In this document: one piece after another, positions 1 through 10,860 of the stretch
Numbering within the stretch: the first letter of the stretch is position 1
Layout of the letters: each line of letters begins with the position of its first letter
Virus record (IMG/VR): IMGVR_UViG_3300028048_000071
Coordinates: 68,933 to 132,932 of that record
Origin: a virus
Taxonomy: Duplodnaviria; Caudoviricetes
Length of the DNA: 64,000 nt
Reading direction: 5' to 3' (one strand)
Notes under the pieces: generated by a model
What the model was told of the DNA's origin: nothing
Databases searched by the model: none
What the model saw: only the letters and a program-made list of their open reading frames with translations
Position numbers and translations under genes: made by a program

Positions 1-1
1 T

Positions 2-778
2 TTAACTATAGATACTGGAGCAGGTTATCCATTAGATTTAAAACCTATCATATATGACCACAATTTTGATGGAATAGTTACTCCATATACATTAACAAAA
101 GACCCTGGTTCTAATTTTGGTGAAATGATATTAGAACTTGCGGATATGTTAGGGGCAGAATGCTTTTATAACGATTTAGGAAATCTATGTTTTATTGATA
201 TTAATGAAACAATACAAGACCCTAATAAACCTGTTATATGGCATTATAGTGACCAAAAGAAAGAATTTTTAGATTCTTCAACAAGTTATGATTTTAATAA
301 CATAATTAACGAAGTTCACGTTGTTGGAGACAATGTTAATGGAAAAATATTTAGTGCTATGGCAAGAAATGATGACCCAGCATCTCCAATATGTGTGAAA
401 AGAATAGGAAGACATATTGATTATATAAGTGATGCTGCAATATATAGTGATAAATTAGCACAAGATAGAGCTGACTATGAATTAAGATGTAAAAGTATAG
501 TAAATACAAGTGTCTCAATTTCTGCGACATTTAATCCTTTAATATTTGTTGACAATATAATTACAATAGAAGACGAATTTTATAATTTCAAGAGAGAAAA
601 ATTTATTATTCAATCAATTAGTTACAACATAGGTGTTGATAATAAAATGACAATTACTGTATCTAATTTAACTAACGCTAATGCTGTAGATGATGAAGAG
701 AATAGATATTTATCTGATAATGCTCACAATTTCATTACAACAGCATATGGAGAGTTTATGTTAGTAGGAAGGAGGTAA
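2..778 (+). CDS. Tail/baseplate hub-like protein, 5'-truncated by the window edge
   Basis: Frame of ORF 125-778 is open back to position 2; lies directly upstream of tail and lysis genes. Confidence 0.55.
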   Translation, partial: LTIDTGAGYPLDLKPIIYDHNFDGIVTPYTLTKDPGSNFGEMILELADMLGAECFYNDLGNLCFIDINETIQDPNKPVIWHYSDQKKEFLDSSTSYDFNNIINEVHVVGDNVNGKIFSAMARNDDPASPICVKRIGRHIDYISDAAIYSDKLAQDRADYELRCKSIVNTSVSISATFNPLIFVDNIITIEDEFYNFKREKFIIQSISYNIGVDNKMTITVSNLTNANAVDDEENRYLSDNAHNFITTAYGEFMLVGRR

Positions 779-783
779 AATAA

Positions 784-2697
784 ATGTCTGCTAGTAAATA
801 TAAAAATGGAAAAAATAATAGTAATGGAAATAAAGACGATTTATTATCTATAAAGAATGTAATACAAGAAATTGCTCAAGCAGAAATTCAAAAATATGGA
901 CTTCCAACATACAAGGCTGCTATTGTTCAAAAGATAAATGAAGATGGAACTGTTGATGTTTATTTACCTCCAAATCAAGAAAATTTAGTTACTGGCATTT
1001 TAAATAAATGTGGAGAATTATTATTTGTTGGCGATAGTGTAGAATTAGCAACAAAGAACGGTAGTTTAACAAATTGTTGGGTTGCTATTAAACACGGAAC
1101 TATCGTTCAAGGTCAAGCAGAAGAAGTAGAAAATCTTAGTGGAGAAGTTGTAATGAAAGTTAAAAATGGAAGACTTTCAGTTACAGAATTACAAAGAGAC
1201 CCTTCTCTTGGAAGTGCATTTACTATTATTGCTGAAGATATAAATCTTGATGGTATGAATATTGTTTTAAATGGTAGTAGGGGAATTACAATTAGTTCTC
1301 CTTATTTTAATGTGACAAGTCAAGGATATATAACTGCTACCGGAGGTAAAATCGGTGGTTGGGAAATGGGAGATACTAGATTATATAGTGGCTCTGGTTC
1401 AAATTATGTAGCATTAGATAGTGGAACACAAGGAACAAATTATCCTATTTGGGCTGGAAATGAAAATCCAGCAAATGCTCCTTTTAGTGTAACTAGGGGA
1501 GGAACTATAAAAGCTACTAATGGTACTATTGGAAGTTTTACATTAAATACTAATAGATTATATAGTGGTTCTGGAAACACAACTGCTGGTATTGGAGTAT
1601 ATGGAAGCGACCACGCATTTTGGGCTGGAAGTGAAACATCTAGTTCTGCACCATTTAGAGTTGGTCACGGAGGAGGATTAGTTGCTACAAATGCAACCAT
1701 AGAAGGTACTATTAGTGCCTCTACAATAACAGGTTCTACAATTTCAGGTAATACCATATCAGGTGGTTCTATATCTGGTACTACAATAACAGGTACAACC
1801 ATTTCAGGTAATACTATTAGTGGAGGTACAATTTCAGGTACAACTATATCAGGTGGTTCCATTAATATAGGAAATGGAGTATTTAGTGTTAATTCATCTG
1901 GTAGAATGGTTTGTTATAATTCTGGTGGAGGATATTTATCAATGAACGCTGGAACAACCCATCCTTACGCAAGTGGTTTAAATGTTGGTTCGGCTGTTGT
2001 AATAAATGGTACAGAATTATCTAAATCAGATGGAAGATTGCGTTGTTATGGAGATTTTCAGGCTGCAAATTTTTATACTTTAGGACACGTTCAGTGTAAC
2101 GATTATATTGCTGGAAGTGCTATTAATTTATTATCTGGTAATTCAAGTGGTAGTGCATCTGGAGGAGGAATACTGATAAAAACAGGTAATGGACATATAA
2201 CTTTAAACGCCGCAAATGGTGGAGGTAATGTTTATGCTTCAGGTACTGGTGTTTCTAATGCAAAAGTTGTAACGGATAATGGTAGTGCATCTAGTAAGAA
2301 TACAAAAACAAATATTGAAAAATTTGCAAGTAGCGATTATAAAAAAGCTTTAAATTTATTAAGTAATATTGATATTTATTCATATGACTATAAATATGAT
2401 TTATATCAAAATAGACATCAATATGGATTTATTATAGATGAAATAGAAAAAATTGAAGGATATGAAAAATATTTTGATTTTCATTCAGAAAAAGCTGGAG
2501 TATTTGGAGACCACTTAGATTTTTCTATGGGAGAAAAAGATTCTAATCCAGATGATGTTATAGAAGTTAAAGAATATAACAGAGATACATTAGATAAATT
2601 TATGTTAACTTGTATGAAGGCTATGCAAGATAAAATAGATAAACAAGAAGAAGAAATAAAAGAATTAAAAGAAATAATTAAAAATATAATTGTTTAG
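784..2697 (+). CDS. Tail spike/fibre protein with C-terminal intramolecular chaperone (peptidase S74-like)
   Basis: Gly/Ser/Thr-rich beta repeats; SSKNTKTNI...YGFIIDEI motif followed by a terminal coiled coil. Confidence 0.7.
   Translation: MSASKYKNGKNNSNGNKDDLLSIKNVIQEIAQAEIQKYGLPTYKAAIVQKINEDGTVDVYLPPNQENLVTGILNKCGELLFVGDSVELATKNGSLTNCWVAIKHGTIVQGQAEEVENLSGEVVMKVKNGRLSVTELQRDPSLGSAFTIIAEDINLDGMNIVLNGSRGITISSPYFNVTSQGYITATGGKIGGWEMGDTRLYSGSGSNYVALDSGTQGTNYPIWAGNENPANAPFSVTRGGTIKATNGTIGSFTLNTNRLYSGSGNTTAGIGVYGSDHAFWAGSETSSSAPFRVGHGGGLVATNATIEGTISASTITGSTISGNTISGGSISGTTITGTTISGNTISGGTISGTTISGGSINIGNGVFSVNSSGRMVCYNSGGGYLSMNAGTTHPYASGLNVGSAVVINGTELSKSDGRLRCYGDFQAANFYTLGHVQCNDYIAGSAINLLSGNSSGSASGGGILIKTGNGHITLNAANGGGNVYASGTGVSNAKVVTDNGSASSKNTKTNIEKFASSDYKKALNLLSNIDIYSYDYKYDLYQNRHQYGFIIDEIEKIEGYEKYFDFHSEKAGVFGDHLDFSMGEKDSNPDDVIEVKEYNRDTLDKFMLTCMKAMQDKIDKQEEEIKELKEIIKNIIV
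1705..1866 (+). repeat. Coding pentapeptide repeat (G[GTN]TI[ST])n
   Basis: GTISASTITGSTISGNTISGGSISGTTITGTTISGNTISGGTISGTTISGGSI; 15-nt periodicity. Confidence 0.85.
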
Positions 2698-2709
2698 GGA
2701 GGTTTTAGT

Positions 2710-2973
2710 ATGGAATTAGCTCAAATTATAACTTTAGTAACATTTATCGTTACTTTAATTTTAGGTTTTGTATCAAAAAAATCTAAATTTATTTCAAACA
2801 ATTTAATACCTGTTCAAAATTTATTAATAGGATTAATTGTTGCTGTTGTTGAATGGATTATAACAAAAGACTTTAATACAGCTATCGCCTTAAGTGGTAT
2901 TATGGCTGGTGGAGCTTATGATATAGTTCATAATATACAAAAAATGAAAATAGAAAATAAGGAGGAAAACTAA
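2710..2973 (+). CDS. Holin
   Basis: 87 aa with 2-3 hydrophobic segments and charged C-terminus, upstream of endolysin. Confidence 0.8.
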   Translation: MELAQIITLVTFIVTLILGFVSKKSKFISNNLIPVQNLLIGLIVAVVEWIITKDFNTAIALSGIMAGGAYDIVHNIQKMKIENKEEN

Positions 2974-2975
2974 TT

Positions 2976-3107
2976 ATGATAGATGAAATCAATGAAACTG
3001 TATTAGTTGAACAAGAAGGAGATAAAGCTCCTGAAAGAGATAAAGATTTTGGTCTTTATGATGAAAACGGAGAAATTATAAAAGAAGAAGAAAATACCGA
3101 AGAATAA
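2976..3107 (+). CDS. Small acidic protein (43 aa, not in the ORF track)
   Basis: AAGGAGG SD then [43 protein letters not shown]; fills the holin-endolysin gap. Confidence 0.6.
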   Translation: MIDEINETVLVEQEGDKAPERDKDFGLYDENGEIIKEEENTEE

Positions 3108-3120
3108 GGAGGAATGTAAA

Positions 3121-4245
3121 ATGGCAAAAGTATTTGGTATTGACATAAGCACTTGGCAAAGAGGTTATCCTTACGCTGGAGCTACCATAGAAGGAGTTAA
3201 ATTTGCTATTTTAAGAGCTGGTTATAGTCAAACAAAAGACAACCAATTTGAAACTCATTATGCAAATGCAAAAGCTCAAGGTTGGGGCGTTGGAGCATAT
3301 TGGTATATGTATGCTACATCAGTTGCTGGAGCACAAGCAGAAGCAAGAGCATTTTTAAGAGCTATTGCTGGAAAACAATTTGAATATCCTATTTATCTTG
3401 ATATAGAAGATTCGAGCGTTTCAAATAATACATCTAAAGCAACTAGAGATGCAATGATAAGAGCATTTGGAGAAATAATTGAATCTGCAGGATATTATTT
3501 TGGTGTTTATACTAATAAATATTGGTATTCAAGTTTAATTAGTGGTTCTGAATTAAATAAAAAATATGATTGGTGGATTGCTCAATGGTCAACTGGAGCT
3601 CCAACTGGAGTTAATTATGGATTATGGCAATTTGGTGGAGAAACAAATTATCAAAGAAGCAATAAAGTTGCAGGAGTAACTACAGACCAAAACTGGGCTG
3701 TTAAAGATTATCCAGCAATTATGAAACAATTAGGATTAAATGGATTCCCTAAATCAGGAGGAAATACACCTGCACCACAACCAACACCATCAACTAAATC
3801 AGTAGATGAATTAGCACGTGAAGTAATTTCTGGTAAATGGGGTAATGGTTCTGATAGAAAGAATAGATTAACTGCTGCTGGATATGATTATAATGCAGTA
3901 CAAAATAGGGTTAATGAAATTTTAGGAACAGGTTCAGCTCCTGCTAAAAAATCTAATGATGAGATAGCTAATGAGGTTATAGCAGGTAAATGGGGTAATG
4001 GAAATGAAAGAAAAGCTCGTTTAACTGCTGCAGGATATGATTATAATACTATTCAAGGTTTAGTTAATCAAAAACTTAATGGTGGTTCAAGTTCTAATGT
4101 TATAAAATATACTGTAAAATCTGGAGATACATTATCTGGAATTGCAGCAAAATATGGAACTACATATCAAAAAATAGCTGCTGATAATGGAATTGCTAAC
4201 CCTAATAAAATCTATCCAGGACAAGTTTTAACAATAAAAAAGTAA
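3121..4245 (+). CDS. Endolysin: GH25 muramidase + 2 Cpl-7 (CW_7) repeats + LysM
   Basis: GIDISTWQ and YLDIED; twice [20 protein letters not shown]; [13 protein letters not shown]. Confidence 0.95.
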   Translation: MAKVFGIDISTWQRGYPYAGATIEGVKFAILRAGYSQTKDNQFETHYANAKAQGWGVGAYWYMYATSVAGAQAEARAFLRAIAGKQFEYPIYLDIEDSSVSNNTSKATRDAMIRAFGEIIESAGYYFGVYTNKYWYSSLISGSELNKKYDWWIAQWSTGAPTGVNYGLWQFGGETNYQRSNKVAGVTTDQNWAVKDYPAIMKQLGLNGFPKSGGNTPAPQPTPSTKSVDELAREVISGKWGNGSDRKNRLTAAGYDYNAVQNRVNEILGTGSAPAKKSNDEIANEVIAGKWGNGNERKARLTAAGYDYNTIQGLVNQKLNGGSSSNVIKYTVKSGDTLSGIAAKYGTTYQKIAADNGIANPNKIYPGQVLTIKK

Positions 4246-4251
4246 TTTTTA

Positions 4252-4285
4252 TAAAGAGATGGCTAAATAAGGTCATCTCTTTAAT
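4252..4285 (+). terminator. Hairpin after endolysin, possible terminator
   Basis: taaagagatggct-aaata-aggtcatctcttta. Confidence 0.5.
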
Positions 4286-4308
4286 AAAGAAAATAAGGAG
4301 GATAATAT

Positions 4309-4674
4309 ATGGCTATTTTAAGAAAGAAAAAAGATAAAAATAAAAAAATAGAAATAGAAAAAGTAGAGATTAAAGAGAATGAAGAAATTAAAGAAGAAAA
4401 GAAAATGTTGGTTGATGATAGCACAACAAATGGAGAAAAAACAAAGGTCGAAGAAATTAAGACAACAGGGGAAGAAGAAATTAAACCTAGAAAAGTATCT
4501 TTAAAGAAAGGTTCAAAAGTTATAGTAAATGGTAGATGTTTTGGGGCATCATCATTAGAATGTCCTTTGAAAACTGTAAGAAATCACGAGACAAAGATAC
4601 TTGATGTAGATAAGGATAATAATTCAATTTTAATAGATGAAGGTTGGATTAGTATAGATAATTTAGTTAAATAA
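4309..4674 (+). CDS. Hypothetical protein
   Basis: ORF with AGGAGG SD. Confidence 0.7.
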   Translation: MAILRKKKDKNKKIEIEKVEIKENEEIKEEKKMLVDDSTTNGEKTKVEEIKTTGEEEIKPRKVSLKKGSKVIVNGRCFGASSLECPLKTVRNHETKILDVDKDNNSILIDEGWISIDNLVK

Positions 4675-4722
4675 AAAAAGGGAGTTTGGTTTTTAATATA
4701 GATTAAGAAAAGGAGGGAAAAT

Positions 4723-5382
4723 ATGGCTAAGCAAACAATAAATAATCTTGAATCTGCGGCAACTGTTAGAAGCAAGATTAATAGTAACTTTACAGAACTA
4801 TATGACCAAAAAGCTGATAAAAATCACGCATATACAGATTCAAGTTATGGTGCTGCATCAAACGAATTATTTGGTCACGTAAAAATAAATGTTGCTAATG
4901 GCTTAAATGTTAGCGATGGTGTAGTAAGTTTAGCTCTTGCAACGACTACCGGTGCTGGTGCGGTGCAATTAGCTGATTCTCTTACTTCAAATGACCCAAC
5001 AAAAGCATTAAGTGCTGCACAAGGGAAAATTTTAAATGATACTTTAACATCGTTAGACGAAAATACTCCTCCAAAAAATCACGCAGTTGACAATGGTGAT
5101 TATGGACTTGCAACAAGTTCTTTATATGGACATTTAAGAGTTACATCTGGAAATGGATTAACTTTAAACGACGGGACTTTATCACTAAATGCCGCAACTA
5201 CAAGTGCTGCCGGTGCAGTACAATTGGAGGATTCATTAGAATCTCAATCTACTACTAAAGCATTAACTGCTAATATGGGATATTATTTGAATAAACATAA
5301 AGCAGAAGCTTTTAGTGGAACAACAGTGCCAAGTAATAATCTTGGTAGTGATGGAGATATATACTTTTTATTAGAAAATTAA
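4723..5382 (+). CDS. Tail fibre protein with duplicated fibre repeat
   Basis: Two copies of NHA...YG.A....GH...ATT..AGAVQL.DSL.S...KAL. Confidence 0.75.
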   Translation: MAKQTINNLESAATVRSKINSNFTELYDQKADKNHAYTDSSYGAASNELFGHVKINVANGLNVSDGVVSLALATTTGAGAVQLADSLTSNDPTKALSAAQGKILNDTLTSLDENTPPKNHAVDNGDYGLATSSLYGHLRVTSGNGLTLNDGTLSLNAATTSAAGAVQLEDSLESQSTTKALTANMGYYLNKHKAEAFSGTTVPSNNLGSDGDIYFLLEN

Positions 5383-5397
5383 GGGGAGGTGTAAAAT

Positions 5398-6318
5398 ATG
5401 GCAGTAATATCAGAATATCCATTACATAACACAGGTCAAGAAGTTCAAACAGCAATTGACGATGCGTTAGATACATTACCTTATCAAATAGGTTTAAAGG
5501 CTAATACGGCGGATGTTTTAACAAAAACAAATACTGATGCTTACACTCCTACGTCTGACTATCATCCAGCAACAAAACTCTACTGCGATACAGTAAGACC
5601 TACTGTAACAATAGGGCAAACAACAACTGGAGCTGAAGGAACTGAAGCTCTTGTTACAAATACAGGAACAGAAAGAGATGCTATACTTAATTTTACAATT
5701 CCAAGAGGAAATACTGGTGATGCTGCAGGATTTGCAACACCAACTGCTGTTGCTAATACTTTAGCACCAGGTTCACAAGCAACCGCATCTGTAGTTGCTA
5801 GTGGTGCTGCAACAAGTAAGTTATTTGAATTTACTTTTGGTATTCCACAAGGTATTCAAGGTATTCAAGGTATTCAAGGATTTTATGTAGATAATATAGT
5901 AAAAACATCTGGAACTGGAGCTGCTGGAACAGTAGACACTTATACAATGTATTTAAACGATGAGAATGAAACAGTTGCCGGAACATTTAATGTTTATAAT
6001 GGGGCTGATGGTCAAGGTGCTGGTACCGTTACAAGTATTGGAATAACCAATTCAGACAATTCATTATTAATAACTGGTTCACCAATTACTTCAAATGGTA
6101 ATATAGCTGTTGAGCATACTAATTCTATAACAGCACAAAGTAATTTAGCTGTTCGTGCATTATCTTTTGATGCAAGTGGACATATAACTGGATATAGTAC
6201 AGTTGAAGAAACAGGTTTGATGTTTAAAAATGTATATGATACCGATGATAATGGAATAGTTGATGGAGCAGAATCCTTACACGATGAAGATAGCCAAATA
6301 TGGTTTGAATTATCATAA
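5398..6318 (+). CDS. Tail fibre protein with short collagen-like stretch
   Basis: LNFTIPRG, FTFGIPQGIQGIQGIQG (caaggtatt tandem at about 5848-5880). Confidence 0.7.
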   Translation: MAVISEYPLHNTGQEVQTAIDDALDTLPYQIGLKANTADVLTKTNTDAYTPTSDYHPATKLYCDTVRPTVTIGQTTTGAEGTEALVTNTGTERDAILNFTIPRGNTGDAAGFATPTAVANTLAPGSQATASVVASGAATSKLFEFTFGIPQGIQGIQGIQGFYVDNIVKTSGTGAAGTVDTYTMYLNDENETVAGTFNVYNGADGQGAGTVTSIGITNSDNSLLITGSPITSNGNIAVEHTNSITAQSNLAVRALSFDASGHITGYSTVEETGLMFKNVYDTDDNGIVDGAESLHDEDSQIWFELS

Positions 6319-6334
6319 TAGAAGGTGAAATTTA

Positions 6335-7447
6335 ATGGCAAGTACGTCTGGAACTTTATGGAATGAATCGGTAATAGTACCTAATAAATGGTCTGGAGGA
6401 CAATTAGTTACTCCAGAAGTTAAATCTACTGCAACTTATCAATGTGAAAGAAACGGTAGTCAATTAAAAATAAAAATAGATACATCAAATCATTGTACCA
6501 GTAGGGGTGCATATTGGGACTGGAGATGGGCTTTCTCAGTTTCAGTAAATGGAGTTGATATAGCTTCAAATATTCAAATAAAGCCTAGAACTTATTTAAA
6601 TACAATTGGTACTAGAGTATTTAGTGCTTCTACAGGATGGGCTACTGTTAATATAGGTTCAGCAAATTCTGTAGTTGTGTCTGTTAGATATTATGACACT
6701 CAAGCCTATAATAATTCTATAGAGAGACATTCTATGGGAGGAGGTTCTCTTACTTTAGGGAATATACCTCAATTACCAAGCGTATCAATAAGTCAAAATA
6801 GTAAAACTCATAATTCAATTAGAGTAAATTACTCTACAAGTGGTTCTTATGACTATGTAAGAATCTTTTTAAATAATAATAAATATGGAGATTTTACAGG
6901 GAGTCCTGTAACAATTTCAAATTTAAGTCCTAATACAACATATAAAATATTTGCAAAGGCACACGGTAATGGGGGTTTTGGTGGTCAAAGTAATACTCTT
7001 ACTATAAAAACATATTTAACGCCTTCAACTGTAAGTTCTAATAAAATAGAAAATTTAGAGCCTTTTAGTTGTTCAGCATCTATGACTTCTAGTAATGCAA
7101 ATAATACAAGTAAATATGAATTTGCTTTGTGTGATATAAATAAAAATGTTGTTCAGGGAGCATATCAAACAAATAATTCTTATTATAATTTTACTGGAAT
7201 GCAAGAAGAAACTTCATACTACATAAGATATAGAGTTCAATCAAAAGATTCTGGTTCTTGGTCTAATTATGTCTATAGTCCATTATTTAAAACTCCAGCC
7301 GACCAAGTTAGAGCTTGGGGTAAAATAAATGGTTCTTGGAATAAAGGTAAAGTTTTCTTAAAGAAAGATGGACAATGGGTTAAGGCAAAGAAGGCTTATG
7401 TAAAAATAAATGGAGAATGGATTTTATCAATTAATAAATATGATTAG
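6335..7447 (+). CDS. Fibronectin type III domain virion protein
   Basis: TISNLSPNTTYKIFAKA and ETSYYIRYRVQ...WS FN3-like motifs; C-terminal VKINGEW repeats. Confidence 0.7.
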   Translation: MASTSGTLWNESVIVPNKWSGGQLVTPEVKSTATYQCERNGSQLKIKIDTSNHCTSRGAYWDWRWAFSVSVNGVDIASNIQIKPRTYLNTIGTRVFSASTGWATVNIGSANSVVVSVRYYDTQAYNNSIERHSMGGGSLTLGNIPQLPSVSISQNSKTHNSIRVNYSTSGSYDYVRIFLNNNKYGDFTGSPVTISNLSPNTTYKIFAKAHGNGGFGGQSNTLTIKTYLTPSTVSSNKIENLEPFSCSASMTSSNANNTSKYEFALCDINKNVVQGAYQTNNSYYNFTGMQEETSYYIRYRVQSKDSGSWSNYVYSPLFKTPADQVRAWGKINGSWNKGKVFLKKDGQWVKAKKAYVKINGEWILSINKYD

Positions 7448-7462
7448 AAAGGGGGAAAATGA

Positions 7463-7792
7463 ATGAATAGTAAAAGATTTAGAAAAAATTTTTCTATATT
7501 TAAAGGGACAAATAAAAATATTGAAATTTTATTTGCTTTTGGAAAATATTGTCCTTATGAATTATCAGAAGGCGATAAATTAATTTTGACGGTTCTTGAT
7601 TATAGAAACAATGATGAAATAGTAATTCAAAAAGAAGTTACTGGTGATAATATTTTTTCATTTATTCCCTCTGATACTGAAGAACTAGACGTAGGATTTT
7701 ATAGATATAATGTTAAATTTATACCAGAAGACACAGAAGATATTTATGAAGTTATTGCACCTAGCACATTTCATATAGAGGCGGGTGAATAA
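7463..7792 (+). CDS. Putative baseplate/fibre adaptor protein
   Basis: PSDTEELDVGFYRYNV resembles BppU-N-like adaptors; tail context. Confidence 0.5.
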   Translation: MNSKRFRKNFSIFKGTNKNIEILFAFGKYCPYELSEGDKLILTVLDYRNNDEIVIQKEVTGDNIFSFIPSDTEELDVGFYRYNVKFIPEDTEDIYEVIAPSTFHIEAGE

Positions 7793-7794
7793 TA

Positions 7795-8202
7795 ATGGAT
7801 GAAAGAACAATATGGGAAGATTTAGGAAAAACAAATCCAAGTATAGAATCTGAAGTTATTGAAGTAGGGAATATTAGTGATGTTGAAATAAGATGTCCAA
7901 GACCAAATGTTTCAGATAATTATAATAAATTAACTAATAAACCAAAAATTAACGGTGTTACTTTAGAAGGAAATAAGACAGCGGAAGATTTAGGAATAGA
8001 TGTTGCTGATTTAAATTATGTTCACAATCAAACCGAAGCTTCTGATGAATGGGTTATAGTTCATAATCTAAATAAATATCCTGCTGTTTCAATAATAGAT
8101 AGTGCTGGAGACGAGGTTGAAGGTAATGTTCACTATGACACATTAAATCAAGTAACAATAACTTTTATAGGTTCTTTTAAAGGAACCGCAACATTAAATT
8201 AA
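7795..8202 (+). CDS. Tail fibre-associated protein
   Basis: YNKLTNKPKINGVTLEGNKT and WVIVHNLNKYPAVSIID motifs. Confidence 0.6.
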   Translation: MDERTIWEDLGKTNPSIESEVIEVGNISDVEIRCPRPNVSDNYNKLTNKPKINGVTLEGNKTAEDLGIDVADLNYVHNQTEASDEWVIVHNLNKYPAVSIIDSAGDEVEGNVHYDTLNQVTITFIGSFKGTATLN

Positions 8203-8222
8203 AACGAAAGGGGTAATATAAT

Positions 8223-9716
8223 ATGGCAAAAAGTTTTTTAGTTGATATTAACTTAAACAAAAATGAATTGCAAAATGCTATTGTTCAAAATTTAGCAACT
8301 AACCCAAGCAATCCAAAGCCAGGTCAAGTATATTTTAATACTACAACAAATAGATTTAGAGTATATACTGGAACTGAATGGGATGAAATGGGTACTGGTG
8401 GTGGAACAGTAACTAGCGTTGATGCTGCTAATACAGATGGGTCATTAACTATTTCTGGTAATCCAATTACTTCATCTGGAACAATAACTGTTGACCACAC
8501 AAATACAATTAGTGCCGTTACAACTTCTGGAATATATCCAATAAAAGTTGATGCAAACGGACATATCACTGAGACTGGAACTGCTTTAGGTAATGTTTCA
8601 ACTACTGCGGCAGGTTTACTTCCAGCATTTAGTTCTGCAAACCAATCATCTACAGCTGTAGCAACAAATGATTATGTTTGGGATGCAACTACAAATAAAT
8701 ATTCAAAATTACCAGCAAACGCATTTAAAGATACTACTTATACAGATGGAACTGCTGGTTATACTTTAAAAGCAAAACAAGATAGTGAAGGAAATCAAAT
8801 TAATACAACTTATGCACCATTAGCAAGTCCAGCATTTACTGGAACTCCAACTGCACCAAAAGCAACTGCTGGTGATAGTAGCGACCAAATCGCAACTACA
8901 TCATTTGTTAGTGAGGCTTTAGGGGCTGTATCTGGTGCAATGCACTTTAAAGGTACTGTTGGTACTGGTGGAACTGCCGGAACTTCTTTACCAACTAGCG
9001 GAGTAACTATTGGAGACACATATAAAGTTGTAACTAAAGGAACTTATGCTGGTCAAGCTGCTGGTGTAGGAGACTTATTTATAGCAACTGCTACTACTCC
9101 AACTTGGGCTTATGTACCATCTGGAGATGACGCTGCTGTAACAAGTATTACTGCTGGTACTGGTTTAACTGGTGGAACAATAACTACTACTGGTACTATT
9201 GCTTTAGCTACAAGTGGTGTTTCTGCTGGTACATATCAAGGTATAACTGTTGATACTTATGGTAGAGTAACATCTGCTCAAGATATGGGTTATACAACAA
9301 ACGAAGGTACTGTAACTTCAGTAGGAATAACTGCGGGTAGCGGTATTTCTGTATCTGGTAGTCCAATAACTACAAGTGGTTCTATTACAGTAGGACATAC
9401 AAATTCAATAACTGCACAATCTACATCTGGAGTATATCCAATCAAAATAGATGCAAATGGACATATCACAGAATATGGTAGTGCTGTAACTATTTTAAAG
9501 AAATATGCTGCTACTATAACAGGAGATGCAAGTAAAACAAGTTTTACTATAACTCATAATTTAGGAAGCAGAGATGTAACAGTTCAAGTATATGATGGTA
9601 CAAGCTATGAAGAAGTAATTGTTGATGTAACAAGAACTAGTACTTCAGTTGTAACTATCGGATTCGCTAGTGCACCTGCAACAGGAGCTACTTATAGAGT
9701 TGTAGTAATCGGCTAA
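8223..9716 (+). CDS. Tail fibre protein
   Basis: Thr/Gly-rich; APLASPAFTGTPTAP; repeated GTVTSV...PIT.SG.I.V.HTN; ITHNLG C-terminus. Confidence 0.8.
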   Translation: MAKSFLVDINLNKNELQNAIVQNLATNPSNPKPGQVYFNTTTNRFRVYTGTEWDEMGTGGGTVTSVDAANTDGSLTISGNPITSSGTITVDHTNTISAVTTSGIYPIKVDANGHITETGTALGNVSTTAAGLLPAFSSANQSSTAVATNDYVWDATTNKYSKLPANAFKDTTYTDGTAGYTLKAKQDSEGNQINTTYAPLASPAFTGTPTAPKATAGDSSDQIATTSFVSEALGAVSGAMHFKGTVGTGGTAGTSLPTSGVTIGDTYKVVTKGTYAGQAAGVGDLFIATATTPTWAYVPSGDDAAVTSITAGTGLTGGTITTTGTIALATSGVSAGTYQGITVDTYGRVTSAQDMGYTTNEGTVTSVGITAGSGISVSGSPITTSGSITVGHTNSITAQSTSGVYPIKIDANGHITEYGSAVTILKKYAATITGDASKTSFTITHNLGSRDVTVQVYDGTSYEEVIVDVTRTSTSVVTIGFASAPATGATYRVVVIG

Positions 9717-9732
9717 TTAAGGAGGTGGCTAA

Positions 9733-10836
9733 ATGCAACTATTAAGTACATTAAATAGTCTTGATAATGTTGCTGATGGTTCTACAAGAAAGCTTCTTAA
9801 AACCGCCACTTCAAGCGGTTCTGGGAATGCAGTAACCGCAGTTAGCATATCAGGCGACACTTTAACTTATACATTAGGTTCATCGTTTTCATTGAGTAAT
9901 CATACTCACGATGCAGCCACAACGTCTGCAGCTGGTTTTTTATCAGCCGCAGACAAAAAGAAATTAGATGCAACTTCAGGTTATTATGGAACTTGTAGTA
10001 CAGCAAAAGGGACTGCCGCAAAAGTTGTTGATTGTAGTAATTATGTTTTAGCAACTGGTGCAGTTATTTATGTCAAATTTACCAACGCCAATGAGTATAA
10101 TGGTACTGCGACATTAAATGTTAATGGTACTGGAGCAAAAGATATTGCTAGAGTAGGTACAACAAAAACAACCAGATATTATTGGAGTGCAGGAGAAGTA
10201 GTCGGTTTTGTATATGATGGTACAAATTATATAATAATTGAAAGAGGAACTGCCTCAACTACTTATTATGGTGTTACAAAATTAATAACAACCGCAACAA
10301 ATACATCTGAGGCTTTGGCGTTAACTCCAAAAGCATTAAATAATTTTGCACAAAATATGATTGCTAATTATGCAGTATATTCATCTTCTTCTACCTATAA
10401 TGTAGGAGATAGAGTTAGATATAGTTATAATACATATGAATGTATAGTGGCTATTTCAACAGCAGAAGCGTGGACTGCAGCTCATTGGAAGGCTTTAGAC
10501 CCTTTACAAACACAGATAGATGAAAAATCTGAGGTTTCTATAAGTAGGAATTTAACTTCTGGAGAAAAAATAGGTACTATAACTATAGATGGAACAGCAA
10601 CTGATTTATATGCTCCTGCTACAGGTAGTGTTAATACGTCTTTGGCTAGTCCACAACAAACATATTATTTAACAGGAGTTCAAACAACTGCTGCTGGGCA
10701 AGGTAATTTATATAATAGTTATTTGTCTAGTACATATACAGGAATAAAATATGTAACTTCTACTTCTCAAGAAGGTGGAAGTTTATATGTAGACGACAGA
10801 GAAGTCGTTACAGGATTATATTATGAAATTTCATAA
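9733..10836 (+). CDS. Tail fibre protein
   Basis: ATLNVNGTGAK, YDGTNY and a CBM5/12-like YNVGDRV motif. Confidence 0.75.
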   Translation: MQLLSTLNSLDNVADGSTRKLLKTATSSGSGNAVTAVSISGDTLTYTLGSSFSLSNHTHDAATTSAAGFLSAADKKKLDATSGYYGTCSTAKGTAAKVVDCSNYVLATGAVIYVKFTNANEYNGTATLNVNGTGAKDIARVGTTKTTRYYWSAGEVVGFVYDGTNYIIIERGTASTTYYGVTKLITTATNTSEALALTPKALNNFAQNMIANYAVYSSSSTYNVGDRVRYSYNTYECIVAISTAEAWTAAHWKALDPLQTQIDEKSEVSISRNLTSGEKIGTITIDGTATDLYAPATGSVNTSLASPQQTYYLTGVQTTAAGQGNLYNSYLSSTYTGIKYVTSTSQEGGSLYVDDREVVTGLYYEIS

Positions 10837-10860
10837 AATAAAAGAAAGGAGAGATAATTA